DNA from: Myxococcales bacterium
GTDB lineage: Bacteria; Myxococcota_A; Bradymonadia; REDH01
NCBI GenBank assembly: GCA_947496715.1
Contig: CANMDT010000004.1
Span: 2,703 to 66,702, forward strand
Reading direction: 5' to 3'
Length of the DNA: 64,000 nucleotides
In this document: piece after piece, positions 30,301 through 38,512 of the stretch
Layout: each line of letters opens with the position of its first letter
How positions within the stretch are numbered: position 1 is the stretch's first letter
The notes under the pieces: model-generated
Database searches by the model: none
What the model was told of the DNA's origin: nothing
The model's input: only the letters and a program-made list of their open reading frames with translations
Translations under genes and position numbers: made by a program

Positions 30301-31635
30301 GTGAACGACGACGACGACGGCGACACCATCCTCGACAACGACGATAACTGCCCGCTGCTCGCCAACACTGCGCAAGAAGACAACGACGGCGACGGGCAGG
30401 GCGACGCATGCGACGCCGACGACGATGGCGACGGACTGCCGGATGGCTCGGACAACTGCCCGCTCGTCAGCAACCCGACACAGGCCGACACAGACCGAGA
30501 CGGGGTGGGCGATCTCTGCGATGCCGACATCGATGGCGATGGAACGCCTGCCGTTGACGACTGCAACGATCGCGACCCTGCGATTGCGACCCCGCGGGGC
30601 TACTTCCTCGACCTCGACTTTGACGGCGTGGGTGAGGCCTCCTCCTCAGAGCAGTGCTCCGCCGCGGCGCCACCCGGCTTCTCCCCCCTCACCGGCGACA
30701 ACTGCGAGGGGCTCAGCAATCCCGAGCAGGCCGATGCCGATGGCGACGGTCTCGGCGACCCATGCGACCTCGACAACGACGGCGACGGGGTCACCGACGC
30801 TGCGGACAACTGCCTGGGCCTTGCAAACGCCAATCAGGCCAACCTCGACGGCGACAGGCTCGGCGACGCCTGCGACGACGACGTCGACGGCGACGGCCTC
30901 CCCAATGAGGCCGACAACTGCCCCGCCGCGGAGAACGCCATCCAGGCCGATGCCGACCTCGACGGGCTCGGCGATGTCTGCGACCCCGACGATGACGGCG
31001 ACGGCGTGCGAGATGGCAACGACAACTGCCCTTTGGTCGCCAACGCGGACCAGGCCGACAGCGACGGCGTTCCCCCCGGCGACGCCTGCGATGGCGACCT
31101 CGACGGTGACGGCGTCGCCGATGCCGACGATAACTGCCCCCGCGTAAGCAACGCAGATCAGCTCGACTTCGACGCAGACGCACTCGGCGATGTCTGCGAC
31201 CCCGACGACGACGGCGATGCACGGCTCGACAGCGTCGACGACTGCCCCTTTGAGCCGGCCGTCACCCCCACAGGTTGCCCCGCCGACGCCGATGTCATCG
31301 CCGACACGACCGTGGAGGACACGGGAGCCGACACGACCGTCGAAGACACCACCGACACCACTGTCGAAGACACGACCGACACGACCGTGGCGGACACCTC
31401 AGACATCTCCCTCGACACCACCGGTGACGGTGGCGCCGACGCCAACCCCGGCGACGGCATCGACTTCGATGCGCCCGGCGACGGCTCCGGCAACGGCGTC
31501 GACCTCCTCGACAGCTCCACCCGCGGCAAGTCCAAGTCCTCCGGTTGTGCCTGCTCCGCCGCTGGCGCGGCGCTCGACCCATCTTGGCTCCTCGTCGGCC
31601 TGGCACTTCTTCCGCTGCGCCGGCGGAGAAAGTAG
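27364..31635 (+). CDS. MYXO-CTERM-anchored adhesin-like protein: choice-of-anchor-Q-like beta-helix, six ~95-aa VNDAP tandem repeats, TSP type-3 Ca-binding repeats
   Basis: Signal peptide. SLREAITAANA…GAARPLDGDGDGVAAPDIGAVEF. Repeats ending VNDAP. D.D.DG.GD.CD.DDDGDG…DNCP…Q.D.D repeats. C-terminal SSGCACS..AALDPSWLLVGLALLPLRRRRK. Confidence 0.85.
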   Translation: MPTFFLPRASGASSLRATLLQLVLALALLVPAAGRAATITVDTLLDPALDLASPTSLREAITAANALAGDDIIDLRGLSGTLVISQATALPAITSNVQILGPGADVLTVDRTSATAFGLLSISAGTVSISGLRLSRGSRADGGALLVSGGAVTVTGCHLLNNASTGIIATSGGGAIRLNGGTLALSQSTVSGSVAARAGGALYLAAGTATLTNVTLSGNTATTGGGVNIADNVAAIFAANFSTFALNAGATSSGLLNAGRGSCNVNSVAITGNTGAALQASASCTSIQSYLSATGGLLGALAANGGTTPTHLPAAGSPLIDAASAVVLIAQDQRGAARPLDGDGDGVAAPDIGAVEFGAVPVINLGGGPVTYTENQAAVALATSATVTDADTAALATGRLSVSYAAAGLLTDQLTLGAGSGTGAVTLVGTSVRVAGVAVGTLAGGANGANLTIVFHAAATLARVSAVVSAISFAATGDNPTPSDRTIRYTLTDGQGGTSRTATRTVTVVAVNDPPRLVAGAYAAGAENAVMTIPLTLADPDTAVGSLTLDAASLTPALMDGASFLFTGAAAARTLDITPILNANGNGVVTVTVSDGSATATLDLPVTFVAVNSPPVANPLSITVNEDGARSFTLTASDPDGGLLAYIVRTPPAHGTLSGLPPNLVYRPEPDYFGPDTISFQVVDDADALSNRATVTINVVGVNDAPVALASSVDTTEDAPASFTFAATDVDGDPLTFVLDATPTLGTVTAVAGLQANFAPAPTLSGEEQVAFHVTDGRLDSAPSTLTLRVAALNDLPVAAPLGVTVREDNAVTVALVGTDAEGDAVTVQLDAQPARGSLEVAASGAPNFTYRPDADFFGADSFTFSLCDAAGCGSPATVSLTVTPVNDAPVLGLVPDVDMLEDGSATFSLAATDVDGDPLTFSVVTEPSDGTLTLVDAATGELTFAPPANFVGTLSFAWQVSDGSATAGPDTVEIRVAAVNDDDDGDTILDNDDNCPLLANTAQEDNDGDGQGDACDADDDGDGLPDGSDNCPLVSNPTQADTDRDGVGDLCDADIDGDGTPAVDDCNDRDPAIATPRGYFLDLDFDGVGEASSSEQCSAAAPPGFSPLTGDNCEGLSNPEQADADGDGLGDPCDLDNDGDGVTDAADNCLGLANANQANLDGDRLGDACDDDVDGDGLPNEADNCPAAENAIQADADLDGLGDVCDPDDDGDGVRDGNDNCPLVANADQADSDGVPPGDACDGDLDGDGVADADDNCPRVSNADQLDFDADALGDVCDPDDDGDARLDSVDDCPFEPAVTPTGCPADADVIADTTVEDTGADTTVEDTTDTTVEDTTDTTVADTSDISLDTTGDGGADANPGDGIDFDAPGDGSGNGVDLLDSSTRGKSKSSGCACSAAGAALDPSWLLVGLALLPLRRRRK
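31309..31400 (+). repeat. short coding tandem repeat (DTTVEDT units) near adhesin C-terminus
   Basis: gacacgaccgtsgaagacacs periodicity. Confidence 0.6.
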
Positions 31636-31716
31636 CGCGCAGCCTGTCGCGGAAAGGTTGCAGGACTGCGACGGTCGTGCCAAACATCGGGCCGATTCCC
31701 CGTCGGAGAAGCCTAC

Positions 31717-33753
31717 ATGTCCAGCGAAGCTGTTGCCTCTGCGCCCCATGGTGCGCTCCCCAATCTCGCTGAGGTTCCGGAAGAGATTCGGGACCAAGTC
31801 TGGCTCGACACCTACTATCAGGGCGACTCCGTCAGGCAGCTGACGGTCCGCGCCGTCGTCATGGGCTCCATCCTCGGCATGATGATGTCGCTCTCCAACC
31901 TCTACATCGGTCTCAAGACCGGTTGGGGCCTGGGCGTCGCAATCACCTCCTGCATCCTCTCCTACGCCATCTGGACCGTCTTCTTGAAGTTCGGCTGGGC
32001 CAAGCAGCCCATGTCGATCCTCGAGAACAACTGCATGCAGTCCACCGCGACCAGCGCGGGCGTCTCGACGGGCGGAACCATGGTCTCCGCCATCGCGGCG
32101 CAGCTCATGCTGACCGGCGTCCACATGAACTGGAAGGTCCTCATGGCCTGGACGGCCTTCCTGGCCTTCCTCGGCGTCTCGATGGCCATCCCCATGAAGC
32201 GCCAGCTCATCAACCGCGAGCAGCTCAAGTTCCCCAGCGGCATCGCCGCCGCAGAGACGCTCCGCAGCCTCCACGCCGCCGGCGGAGAGGCGCTCATCAA
32301 GGCCCAGGCCCTCTTCTGGTCCATGGGCATCGGTGCGGTGCTCCAGTGGTGGCAGAGCGGCATGGGCGGTCTGGTGCAAACAATGCTTTCGCCCAGTGAG
32401 AAAGTTGCACCGCTCGGTGCTCTTGTCATGCAATGGGGTCCGATGCCGAAGATATCCAGCATGCTTCAGTCGCTGGGGCTATCCGCGGAGAGCATTCGGT
32501 TCCCCCTCACGCTCCCGATGGAGCTCGAACTTCATGCGAAGCTCTTCGGAAAGGACGTCTCGAAGCTCGGATTCGTCTTCCCCGTCGACCCCCTCATGAC
32601 GGCGGCCGGCATGATTGTCGGCATGCGCACCTCGCTCTCGATGGTCATCTCGGGCTTCGCCCTCTTTGGAATCGTTGGCCCCTGGCTCGATGACTCCGGC
32701 GTACTCCGCGAGATGCACGCCTCCGGTGCCCTCTCCTCTGCGACGCTCTCGGGCAGCGCCATCCGCAAGTGGGGCCTCTGGACCGGCTCCTCCATGATGG
32801 TTGCTGCCGGCCTTACCGCGGCGCTCTTCCAGTGGAAGTCCATGCTGGCCGGCATCTCCAAGCTCGGCGCGCTCTTCTCCGGCAAGAAGCAGGTTGCTGC
32901 GCACGACCCCATCGCTCACATCGAGGTCCCCAACTCCTGGTTCGTCATCGGCACCGGCATCTCGGGCCTTGGCTGCATCATCATCATGTATACCGAGTGG
33001 GACATCCCGCTCCACTGGGGCATCGTCGCCGTCGCGATGGCCTTCGTGCTCTCGCTCGTCGCCTGCCGCGCCACGGGTGAGACCGACACCACGCCCATCG
33101 GCGCCATGGGCAAGGTCACGCAGCTCTTCTACGGCGCCATGATCCCCAACCAGCCCATCCCCAACCTGATGACGGCCGGCGTGACCGCCGGCGCCGCCGG
33201 CGCCGCCGCCGACCTCCTTACCGACCTCAAGAGCGGCTACCTCCTCGGCGCCAACTCGCGCCAGCAGACCATCGCGCAGAGCATCGGCATCATCAGCGGC
33301 ACGCTCGCCATCGTTCCTGCCTGGTACCTTTTCGTCCCCGACGCCAGCGCCCTCGGCACCGCCCAGTTCCCCGCCCCGGCCGCCGAGGTCTGGAAGAGCG
33401 TCGCCGAGCTGCTCAGCCGCGGCATCTCGACCATGCACCCGACCATCCTCAAGGGCATCATCTTCGGCGGTTCGCTCGGCTTCCTCCTCACACTCACAGA
33501 GGGCCTCGCCCCCAAGAAGTTCCGGAGCTACCTGCCCTCCGCCACAGGCCTCGGCCTCGGCATGGTCATCCCCTTCGGTAACAGCTTCTCCTTCCTCCTC
33601 GGCGCGCTCATCACGCTCATCTGGACCAAGCTGAACGAGGCCTCCTGCGAGCAGAAGATGGTCCCCATCGCATCGGGCATCGTCGCCGGTTGCAGCCTCA
33701 TGGCGGTCTTCATCATGATCCTGCAGGCCGCCGGGTTGCTCCCGCTCGGGTAG
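31717..33753 (+). CDS. OPT-family oligopeptide transporter
   Basis: Polytopic membrane protein with N-terminal …SNLYIGLKTGWGLGV… and C-terminal …MVIPFGNSF…, typical of the OPT family. Confidence 0.85.
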   Translation: MSSEAVASAPHGALPNLAEVPEEIRDQVWLDTYYQGDSVRQLTVRAVVMGSILGMMMSLSNLYIGLKTGWGLGVAITSCILSYAIWTVFLKFGWAKQPMSILENNCMQSTATSAGVSTGGTMVSAIAAQLMLTGVHMNWKVLMAWTAFLAFLGVSMAIPMKRQLINREQLKFPSGIAAAETLRSLHAAGGEALIKAQALFWSMGIGAVLQWWQSGMGGLVQTMLSPSEKVAPLGALVMQWGPMPKISSMLQSLGLSAESIRFPLTLPMELELHAKLFGKDVSKLGFVFPVDPLMTAAGMIVGMRTSLSMVISGFALFGIVGPWLDDSGVLREMHASGALSSATLSGSAIRKWGLWTGSSMMVAAGLTAALFQWKSMLAGISKLGALFSGKKQVAAHDPIAHIEVPNSWFVIGTGISGLGCIIIMYTEWDIPLHWGIVAVAMAFVLSLVACRATGETDTTPIGAMGKVTQLFYGAMIPNQPIPNLMTAGVTAGAAGAAADLLTDLKSGYLLGANSRQQTIAQSIGIISGTLAIVPAWYLFVPDASALGTAQFPAPAAEVWKSVAELLSRGISTMHPTILKGIIFGGSLGFLLTLTEGLAPKKFRSYLPSATGLGLGMVIPFGNSFSFLLGALITLIWTKLNEASCEQKMVPIASGIVAGCSLMAVFIMILQAAGLLPLG

Positions 33754-33855
33754 TATGATGGAGGTTGGCGCTCACACCCGGACCGAGGCGGAGCCTTGCA
33801 CGGTTGCAGTGTCGCCTCCGCATTCTTGCGCGGTCACTGCCAACCGGAGGGCACC

Positions 33856-34803
33856 GTGAGCCGCGTCCTTATCACAGGTGGGCGTGGTCTTGTTGGAAGG
33901 CCCACGGTGGCGGCGCTCCTCGCGGCAGGCCATCAGGTTGTCTCCGTTACCCGCTCGCCCCGCGTCGGAGCGCCCGATGTTGCGCTCACCGAAGTCTCCG
34001 TTGGCGACCTCGGCGCAACGAACGATTGGACGCGGCTCCTCCGCGGCGTTGATGCGGTCGTCCACCTCGCGGGGCGTCGACCGCACGCAGACGACGAGGG
34101 CACCGACGCCATCGCCTCTTTCTACCAGGTCAATGTGCAGGGCAGCGCCCGACTGGCCGCCGCAGCACGCGCTGCCGGCGTCTCCCGCTTCCTCCATGTC
34201 AGCACCCTGAAGGTCCACGGCGAGACCTCCGACGGACCCCTCACTGAGCTCAGCCCCACTCGCCCTGAGAGCCCCTACGCCTCCTCGAAGCTCGAGGGCG
34301 AGGAGGCCGTCCGCGACGCACTCAAGGGCAGCCATGTTGCGCTGACCATCCTCCGGCCTCCCATGATCTACGGGCCCGGTGTCGAGGGTCATTTCGAGCG
34401 CCTGCTCATGCTCGCCGCCCGCGGGGTGCCGTGGCCGCTCGGTGCCCAGGACAACCGCCGCAGCCTGGTCGCTGCATCGAACTTTGCCGACCTGCTCGCC
34501 CACCTCGTCACCCAGACGCCGGAACAGGATACGCTGCTCGTCGCAGAGGGGTCACCGCTCTCCACAGCCGAGCTCTTCCGGCTGCTGCAGCGTGGCTTCG
34601 GACGGCGCGAGTGGTCGCTTCCCTTCGACCTCTCACCGCTCCTGCGAACCGCCCGCTTCTCGCCGGTAGACGGGCTCCTCGAGCGGTTGCTCGGCTCGCT
34701 GGAAGTCGACGCCGGCCGCCTCTTCGACGCCACCGGATGGACGCCTCCCGCTACCACCGAAGAGGCTCTTGCGGCCACCGCCCGCTGGTATGCGGCACGA
34801 TGA
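33856..34803 (+). CDS. NAD-dependent epimerase/dehydratase (SDR family)
   Basis: Rossmann ITGGRGLVG, catalytic YASSK. GTG start 33856 after GGAGG (track start 33796 adds a Cys/His-rich leader). Confidence 0.8.
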   Translation: MSRVLITGGRGLVGRPTVAALLAAGHQVVSVTRSPRVGAPDVALTEVSVGDLGATNDWTRLLRGVDAVVHLAGRRPHADDEGTDAIASFYQVNVQGSARLAAAARAAGVSRFLHVSTLKVHGETSDGPLTELSPTRPESPYASSKLEGEEAVRDALKGSHVALTILRPPMIYGPGVEGHFERLLMLAARGVPWPLGAQDNRRSLVAASNFADLLAHLVTQTPEQDTLLVAEGSPLSTAELFRLLQRGFGRREWSLPFDLSPLLRTARFSPVDGLLERLLGSLEVDAGRLFDATGWTPPATTEEALAATARWYAAR

Positions 34804-34819
34804 AAGGGCAGCGTAACTG

Positions 34820-35851
34820 ATGGCAGACGCCCTCTCCATTGCGTTGCTCGCGCTCACGGTCGCGGCCGTCGCCACGGTCTGTTTGCTCCTCTTCGAGAAG
34901 AGCGTGGCGCGGTTCGCTGCGATGCCGCGGCGTGCCTCTGCCGGTCGCCCGGGCGCGGCGGTACCCGTTGCTGCGGGGCTCGTGGTGGCGGCTGTCGCGC
35001 TCTCAGCAGGTAGCCTGCTCAATGCCCCGTTGACACCTCCAGCCTGGCTGCTCGCAATCGCCATCGGTGGCATCCTCAACGCACTGCTCGGCGCCGCAGA
35101 TGATCTCTTCGACCTCTCCGCACTCCTGCGTCTCGTCATCCACTTGGCGATTGGCTGGTCGGTGCTCCTGCTCCACGGTGTGCCGTCGGACCACTTCCAG
35201 TTCCTCGGCTGGGAGCTGCCACCGCTGCTGCTCTGGGTCATCCTCCCCCTCTACATCGGCTGGTGGACCAACCTCTTCAACTTCATGGACGGACTCGATG
35301 GCATGGTCGCCCTCCAGGCCGCCGCGATCGCGCTCTGGGCCTGCTTCATCGTGTCGGGCGATGGAGCCCCCGAAGTGGCCCGCTACTTTGCCTGCTTCGG
35401 CGCCAGCTTTGCAGCCTTCCTACTCTTCAATTGGGCCCCCGCGAGGCTCATGCTCGGTGATTCCGGCTCCACCTTTGGTGGCTTCGCAATCGCCATGCTG
35501 ACGCTGCTGGCAGACCGGATGCAGACCATGCCCTTGGCAGCCAGCCTCATCCTCACCGCCGGCCTCTGGGTCGATGCTACCTACACGCTCCTGCGACGTG
35601 CGAGCCGCGGCGAGCGACTCCACATCGCCCATCTCGACCACGCCTACCAGCATGCCGCCGCAGAAGGTCAAAGTCACCGGCGCATCGCCGGCGGCTATGG
35701 GCTTTTCACGCTCCTCTGGCTGGGACCGCTCGCCCTGCTCGCTGCCCGCTACGACCACCTCGCGCTGCCGCTCCTCCTCCTGGCCGTCGCGCCCCTGGTC
35801 TGGTTCTGTGTTCGCCTGCACGCCGGCGTGCGCGCAGGCGCGAATCGCTAA
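34820..35851 (+). CDS. polyprenyl-phosphate HexNAc-1-phosphate transferase (glycosyltransferase family 4, WecA/WbpL-like)
   Basis: Multi-TM; conserved NLFNFMDGLDG motif. Confidence 0.8.
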   Translation: MADALSIALLALTVAAVATVCLLLFEKSVARFAAMPRRASAGRPGAAVPVAAGLVVAAVALSAGSLLNAPLTPPAWLLAIAIGGILNALLGAADDLFDLSALLRLVIHLAIGWSVLLLHGVPSDHFQFLGWELPPLLLWVILPLYIGWWTNLFNFMDGLDGMVALQAAAIALWACFIVSGDGAPEVARYFACFGASFAAFLLFNWAPARLMLGDSGSTFGGFAIAMLTLLADRMQTMPLAASLILTAGLWVDATYTLLRRASRGERLHIAHLDHAYQHAAAEGQSHRRIAGGYGLFTLLWLGPLALLAARYDHLALPLLLLAVAPLVWFCVRLHAGVRAGANR

Positions 35852-35948
35852 CCTCGTTCCCTTTCCCGCAGCATGCAGGTAGGAATCGCGCAAGTCAGCG
35901 GATGGCTGCAAGCCGCACCCGACCAACCCACCCTCTCCTCGGAGCGCC

Positions 35949-36809
35949 ATGCGCCGCGACCGCACCTTCCTTGCCTCCACGCCCTTCACGCGCAGCGACT
36001 ACGCCAGCATCGTGCAGACCACCTACCCGGGTGCCCACGACGGAGACTACCGAAGCCGCGTCAAGGCGCTCGTCGCACAGGCAGAGGCCTCTTGGCCCGC
36101 CTGCCCTCGCTTCTCCTACACAGAACAGGAGCATGGAAACTGGAGCCTCGTCTCACAGATCCTCATCCTGCTCCAAGACCGCTACTCCTGCGCCCCCTTC
36201 CTCCATGGTCGCGAGCTGCTGCAGCTCTCCCTCGACACCATCCCGCAGCTCGACGATGTCAGCGCACGCATGGAGTCCATCACGGGGTTCATGCTCGCAC
36301 CCGTCGGCGGGCTCCTCGACAAGGGCGAATTCCTCGCCATGCTCGCGCAGAAGGTGATGCGCTGCACCCCCTACATCCGACACCCATCCTATCCCTTCTT
36401 CACGCCTGAGCCCGACATCATCCACGAGCTCCGCGGCCATGCACCCATGTTCCTGCACCCAGAATTCGTAGAGATGTCGGTCCGCATCGGTCGCGCCGCC
36501 GGGCGTGCCGTAGAGACGGGCGACCAGAAGATGCTCGACCTCATCGGGCTCTTCTACTGGTACACCGTGGAGTATGGGCTGGTGAAGCAGGACGGCGAAG
36601 TGAAGATCTTCGGCGCCGGCAACAACGGCGGCATCCAAGACCTCCTGCGCTCCATCGACCCGACCATCGAGCACCGCCCCTTCTCGCTCGATGCGGTCCG
36701 CGATCTTTCCATCGACTACGATGCCCCGCAGGACCTCTTCTTCGTCGCAGAGTCCTTCGAGCAGGTGCTCGACTACGCCGACCAGCTTGTCACCGCCGCG
36801 CACGCCTGA
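35949..36809 (+). CDS. phhA: phenylalanine 4-hydroxylase (bacterial aromatic amino acid hydroxylase)
   Basis: PEPDIIHELRGHAP iron-binding motif, LFYWYTVEYGL…IFGAGNNGG. Confidence 0.85.
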   Translation: MRRDRTFLASTPFTRSDYASIVQTTYPGAHDGDYRSRVKALVAQAEASWPACPRFSYTEQEHGNWSLVSQILILLQDRYSCAPFLHGRELLQLSLDTIPQLDDVSARMESITGFMLAPVGGLLDKGEFLAMLAQKVMRCTPYIRHPSYPFFTPEPDIIHELRGHAPMFLHPEFVEMSVRIGRAAGRAVETGDQKMLDLIGLFYWYTVEYGLVKQDGEVKIFGAGNNGGIQDLLRSIDPTIEHRPFSLDAVRDLSIDYDAPQDLFFVAESFEQVLDYADQLVTAAHA

Positions 36810-36818
36810 GGCGACGCA

Positions 36819-37703
36819 CTACGGGAAGGGGCCGCCGGAGCACTCGCCGTCGAGGCAGGACTCCTGATGCAGCCCAACGCTGCCCGCGCCGACAATGACG
36901 TAGGCCGCCGCTGTCGGAGGCGCGGCGCCGCCGCAATAGACAGGTGACCGTGTTGCCACAGCCAAACCAGTAGGCGTGCTGAAGACTCCCTGAACCGTCA
37001 GCGCCGGGTTGTCTGATTGCGTCACCTGGGCCACTACCTCGATGCTCCAGTCGATGTCGGTGATCGCGGTGGCGGGGTCCATGCAGGGGAGCATCGCGCG
37101 GAGCTCTGCCTCGGTCGTGGCAACGGCAAACGAGGTGCCGCTGTCAAAGGTCATCATGCAGCTGTCTGGGGTGGTCCAGAGCCGATAGGGCTGCGCGGTG
37201 GCCGGATCGTAGACTCCGCATGGATCGCAGACCGAGCGCTGCGACGCGGGTGCGATGCCGAGGCAGCCCATGTAGCAGCTGTTGCAGTAGAGGTTTCCGT
37301 CGGTTCCGCAGATCTGGAACTCGGGGGCAGGGCAGCCAACGCCGCAGCCGAACAGGCAGTCATCCACATCCACGTCGGTGTCGTCGACGTTGGTGTCGGC
37401 GGTGTCGTCGACCGTGGTATCGGCGGTGTCATCGACCGTGGTGTCGGCGGTGTCGTCGACGTTGGTGTCGGCGGTGTCGTCGACCGTGGTATCGGCAGTC
37501 TCGTCAACGTTGGTGTCTGCGGTGTCATCAACGTTCGTGTCGGCGGTGTCATCAACCGAGGTGTCGGCGGTGTCATCAACCGAGGTGTCGGCGGTATCCG
37601 AAGCTCCGCTCCCCTCCGTATCACCCGCCGGCAGCTCCACGGTCTCTTCGGCCACACAGGCGGCCAGCGCCAGCATCCAAACACTCAAAACAACTGTGCG
37701 CAT
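36819..37703 (-). CDS. lipoprotein with 10x (DDTADT[SNT]V) acidic tandem repeat and a Kazal-like Cys domain
   Basis: Lipobox LALAAC (ATG 37703). …CPAPEFQICGTDGNLYCNSCYMGC… resembles Kazal PVCG(S/T)DG.TY.N.C. Confidence 0.65.
   Translation of the reverse strand: MRTVVLSVWMLALAACVAEETVELPAGDTEGSGASDTADTSVDDTADTSVDDTADTNVDDTADTNVDETADTTVDDTADTNVDDTADTTVDDTADTTVDDTADTNVDDTDVDVDDCLFGCGVGCPAPEFQICGTDGNLYCNSCYMGCLGIAPASQRSVCDPCGVYDPATAQPYRLWTTPDSCMMTFDSGTSFAVATTEAELRAMLPCMDPATAITDIDWSIEVVAQVTQSDNPALTVQGVFSTPTGLAVATRSPVYCGGAAPPTAAAYVIVGAGSVGLHQESCLDGECSGGPFP
37370..37610 (-). repeat. 24-bp coding tandem repeat x10 (DDTADTxV) inside Kazal-like lipoprotein gene
   Basis: gtcgtcgacgttggtgtcggcggt-type units repeated. 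Confidence 0.8.
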
Positions 37704-37752
37704 CGCAGACCTCCAACTCGTTTCGGAGGTCACTCTCGCCGCCATCATCATC

Positions 37753-38421
37753 TCAGTCAACCACGGTCGGCGCCTCGCCCTCTTGGCCCTTGGTCAGGAT
37801 GCGCATGAAGTCGTTTCGGCTCATCTCCTTGGCACCCAGCGAGGCGAGGTGCTCGTTGTGAACCTGGCAGTCGATCAGGTCGAAACGGCGCTCAAAGAGG
37901 ATCCGCTGCATCTCGAAGAAGGCGAACTTCGAGGCGTCCGACTCCGTGTGAAACATCGACTCGCCCGAGAAGACCTTGCCGGTCGCCAATCCGTAGAGCC
38001 CGCCCACCAGTTTGCCCTCTCGCCAGGTCTCGAAACTGTGGGCAATGCCCTGCTTGTGAAGCTCGGTGTAGACATGCCGGATCTTCGGCGAGATCCAGGT
38101 GCCGGGTTGCCCCTCGCGTGGCACCTTCGAGCACATCTTGATGACCTCCGCGAAGGCCGTGTTGATGCGCAGTTCAAACCTCCCTGAGGTTAGAATCTTT
38201 CGCATGCTCCGCGAGATGTTCGCGCCGCCCGGCCGAAGCACCATGCGCTTCGCCGGCGCGTACCACAGAAGCATGCGGCCCGACGGCCAGGGGAAGATGC
38301 CTTCACGGTAGGCTGCGGCGACGCGGTCTGGGTCGAGGTCGCCACCGAATGCGAGTGTGCCGTCACGGTCGGCTCGGTCGACCGGCGGAAAGATATGTTC
38401 AGGTCCAAGCTGGTATGGCAT
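37753..38421 (-). CDS. aat: leucyl/phenylalanyl-tRNA--protein transferase
   Basis: Full-length L/F-transferase-like sequence (…YREGIFPW…, …WISPKI…, GESMFH). Confidence 0.85.
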   Translation of the reverse strand: MPYQLGPEHIFPPVDRADRDGTLAFGGDLDPDRVAAAYREGIFPWPSGRMLLWYAPAKRMVLRPGGANISRSMRKILTSGRFELRINTAFAEVIKMCSKVPREGQPGTWISPKIRHVYTELHKQGIAHSFETWREGKLVGGLYGLATGKVFSGESMFHTESDASKFAFFEMQRILFERRFDLIDCQVHNEHLASLGAKEMSRNDFMRILTKGQEGEAPTVVD

Positions 38422-38512
38422 CGTACTTCAAGGTTGCGGGAGCGGAGCGAAGCGGCCAAGACTGGCCCCAGACTCCACCCTACACACATTGGAGTCTCCC
38501 TCTCTCACAAAG

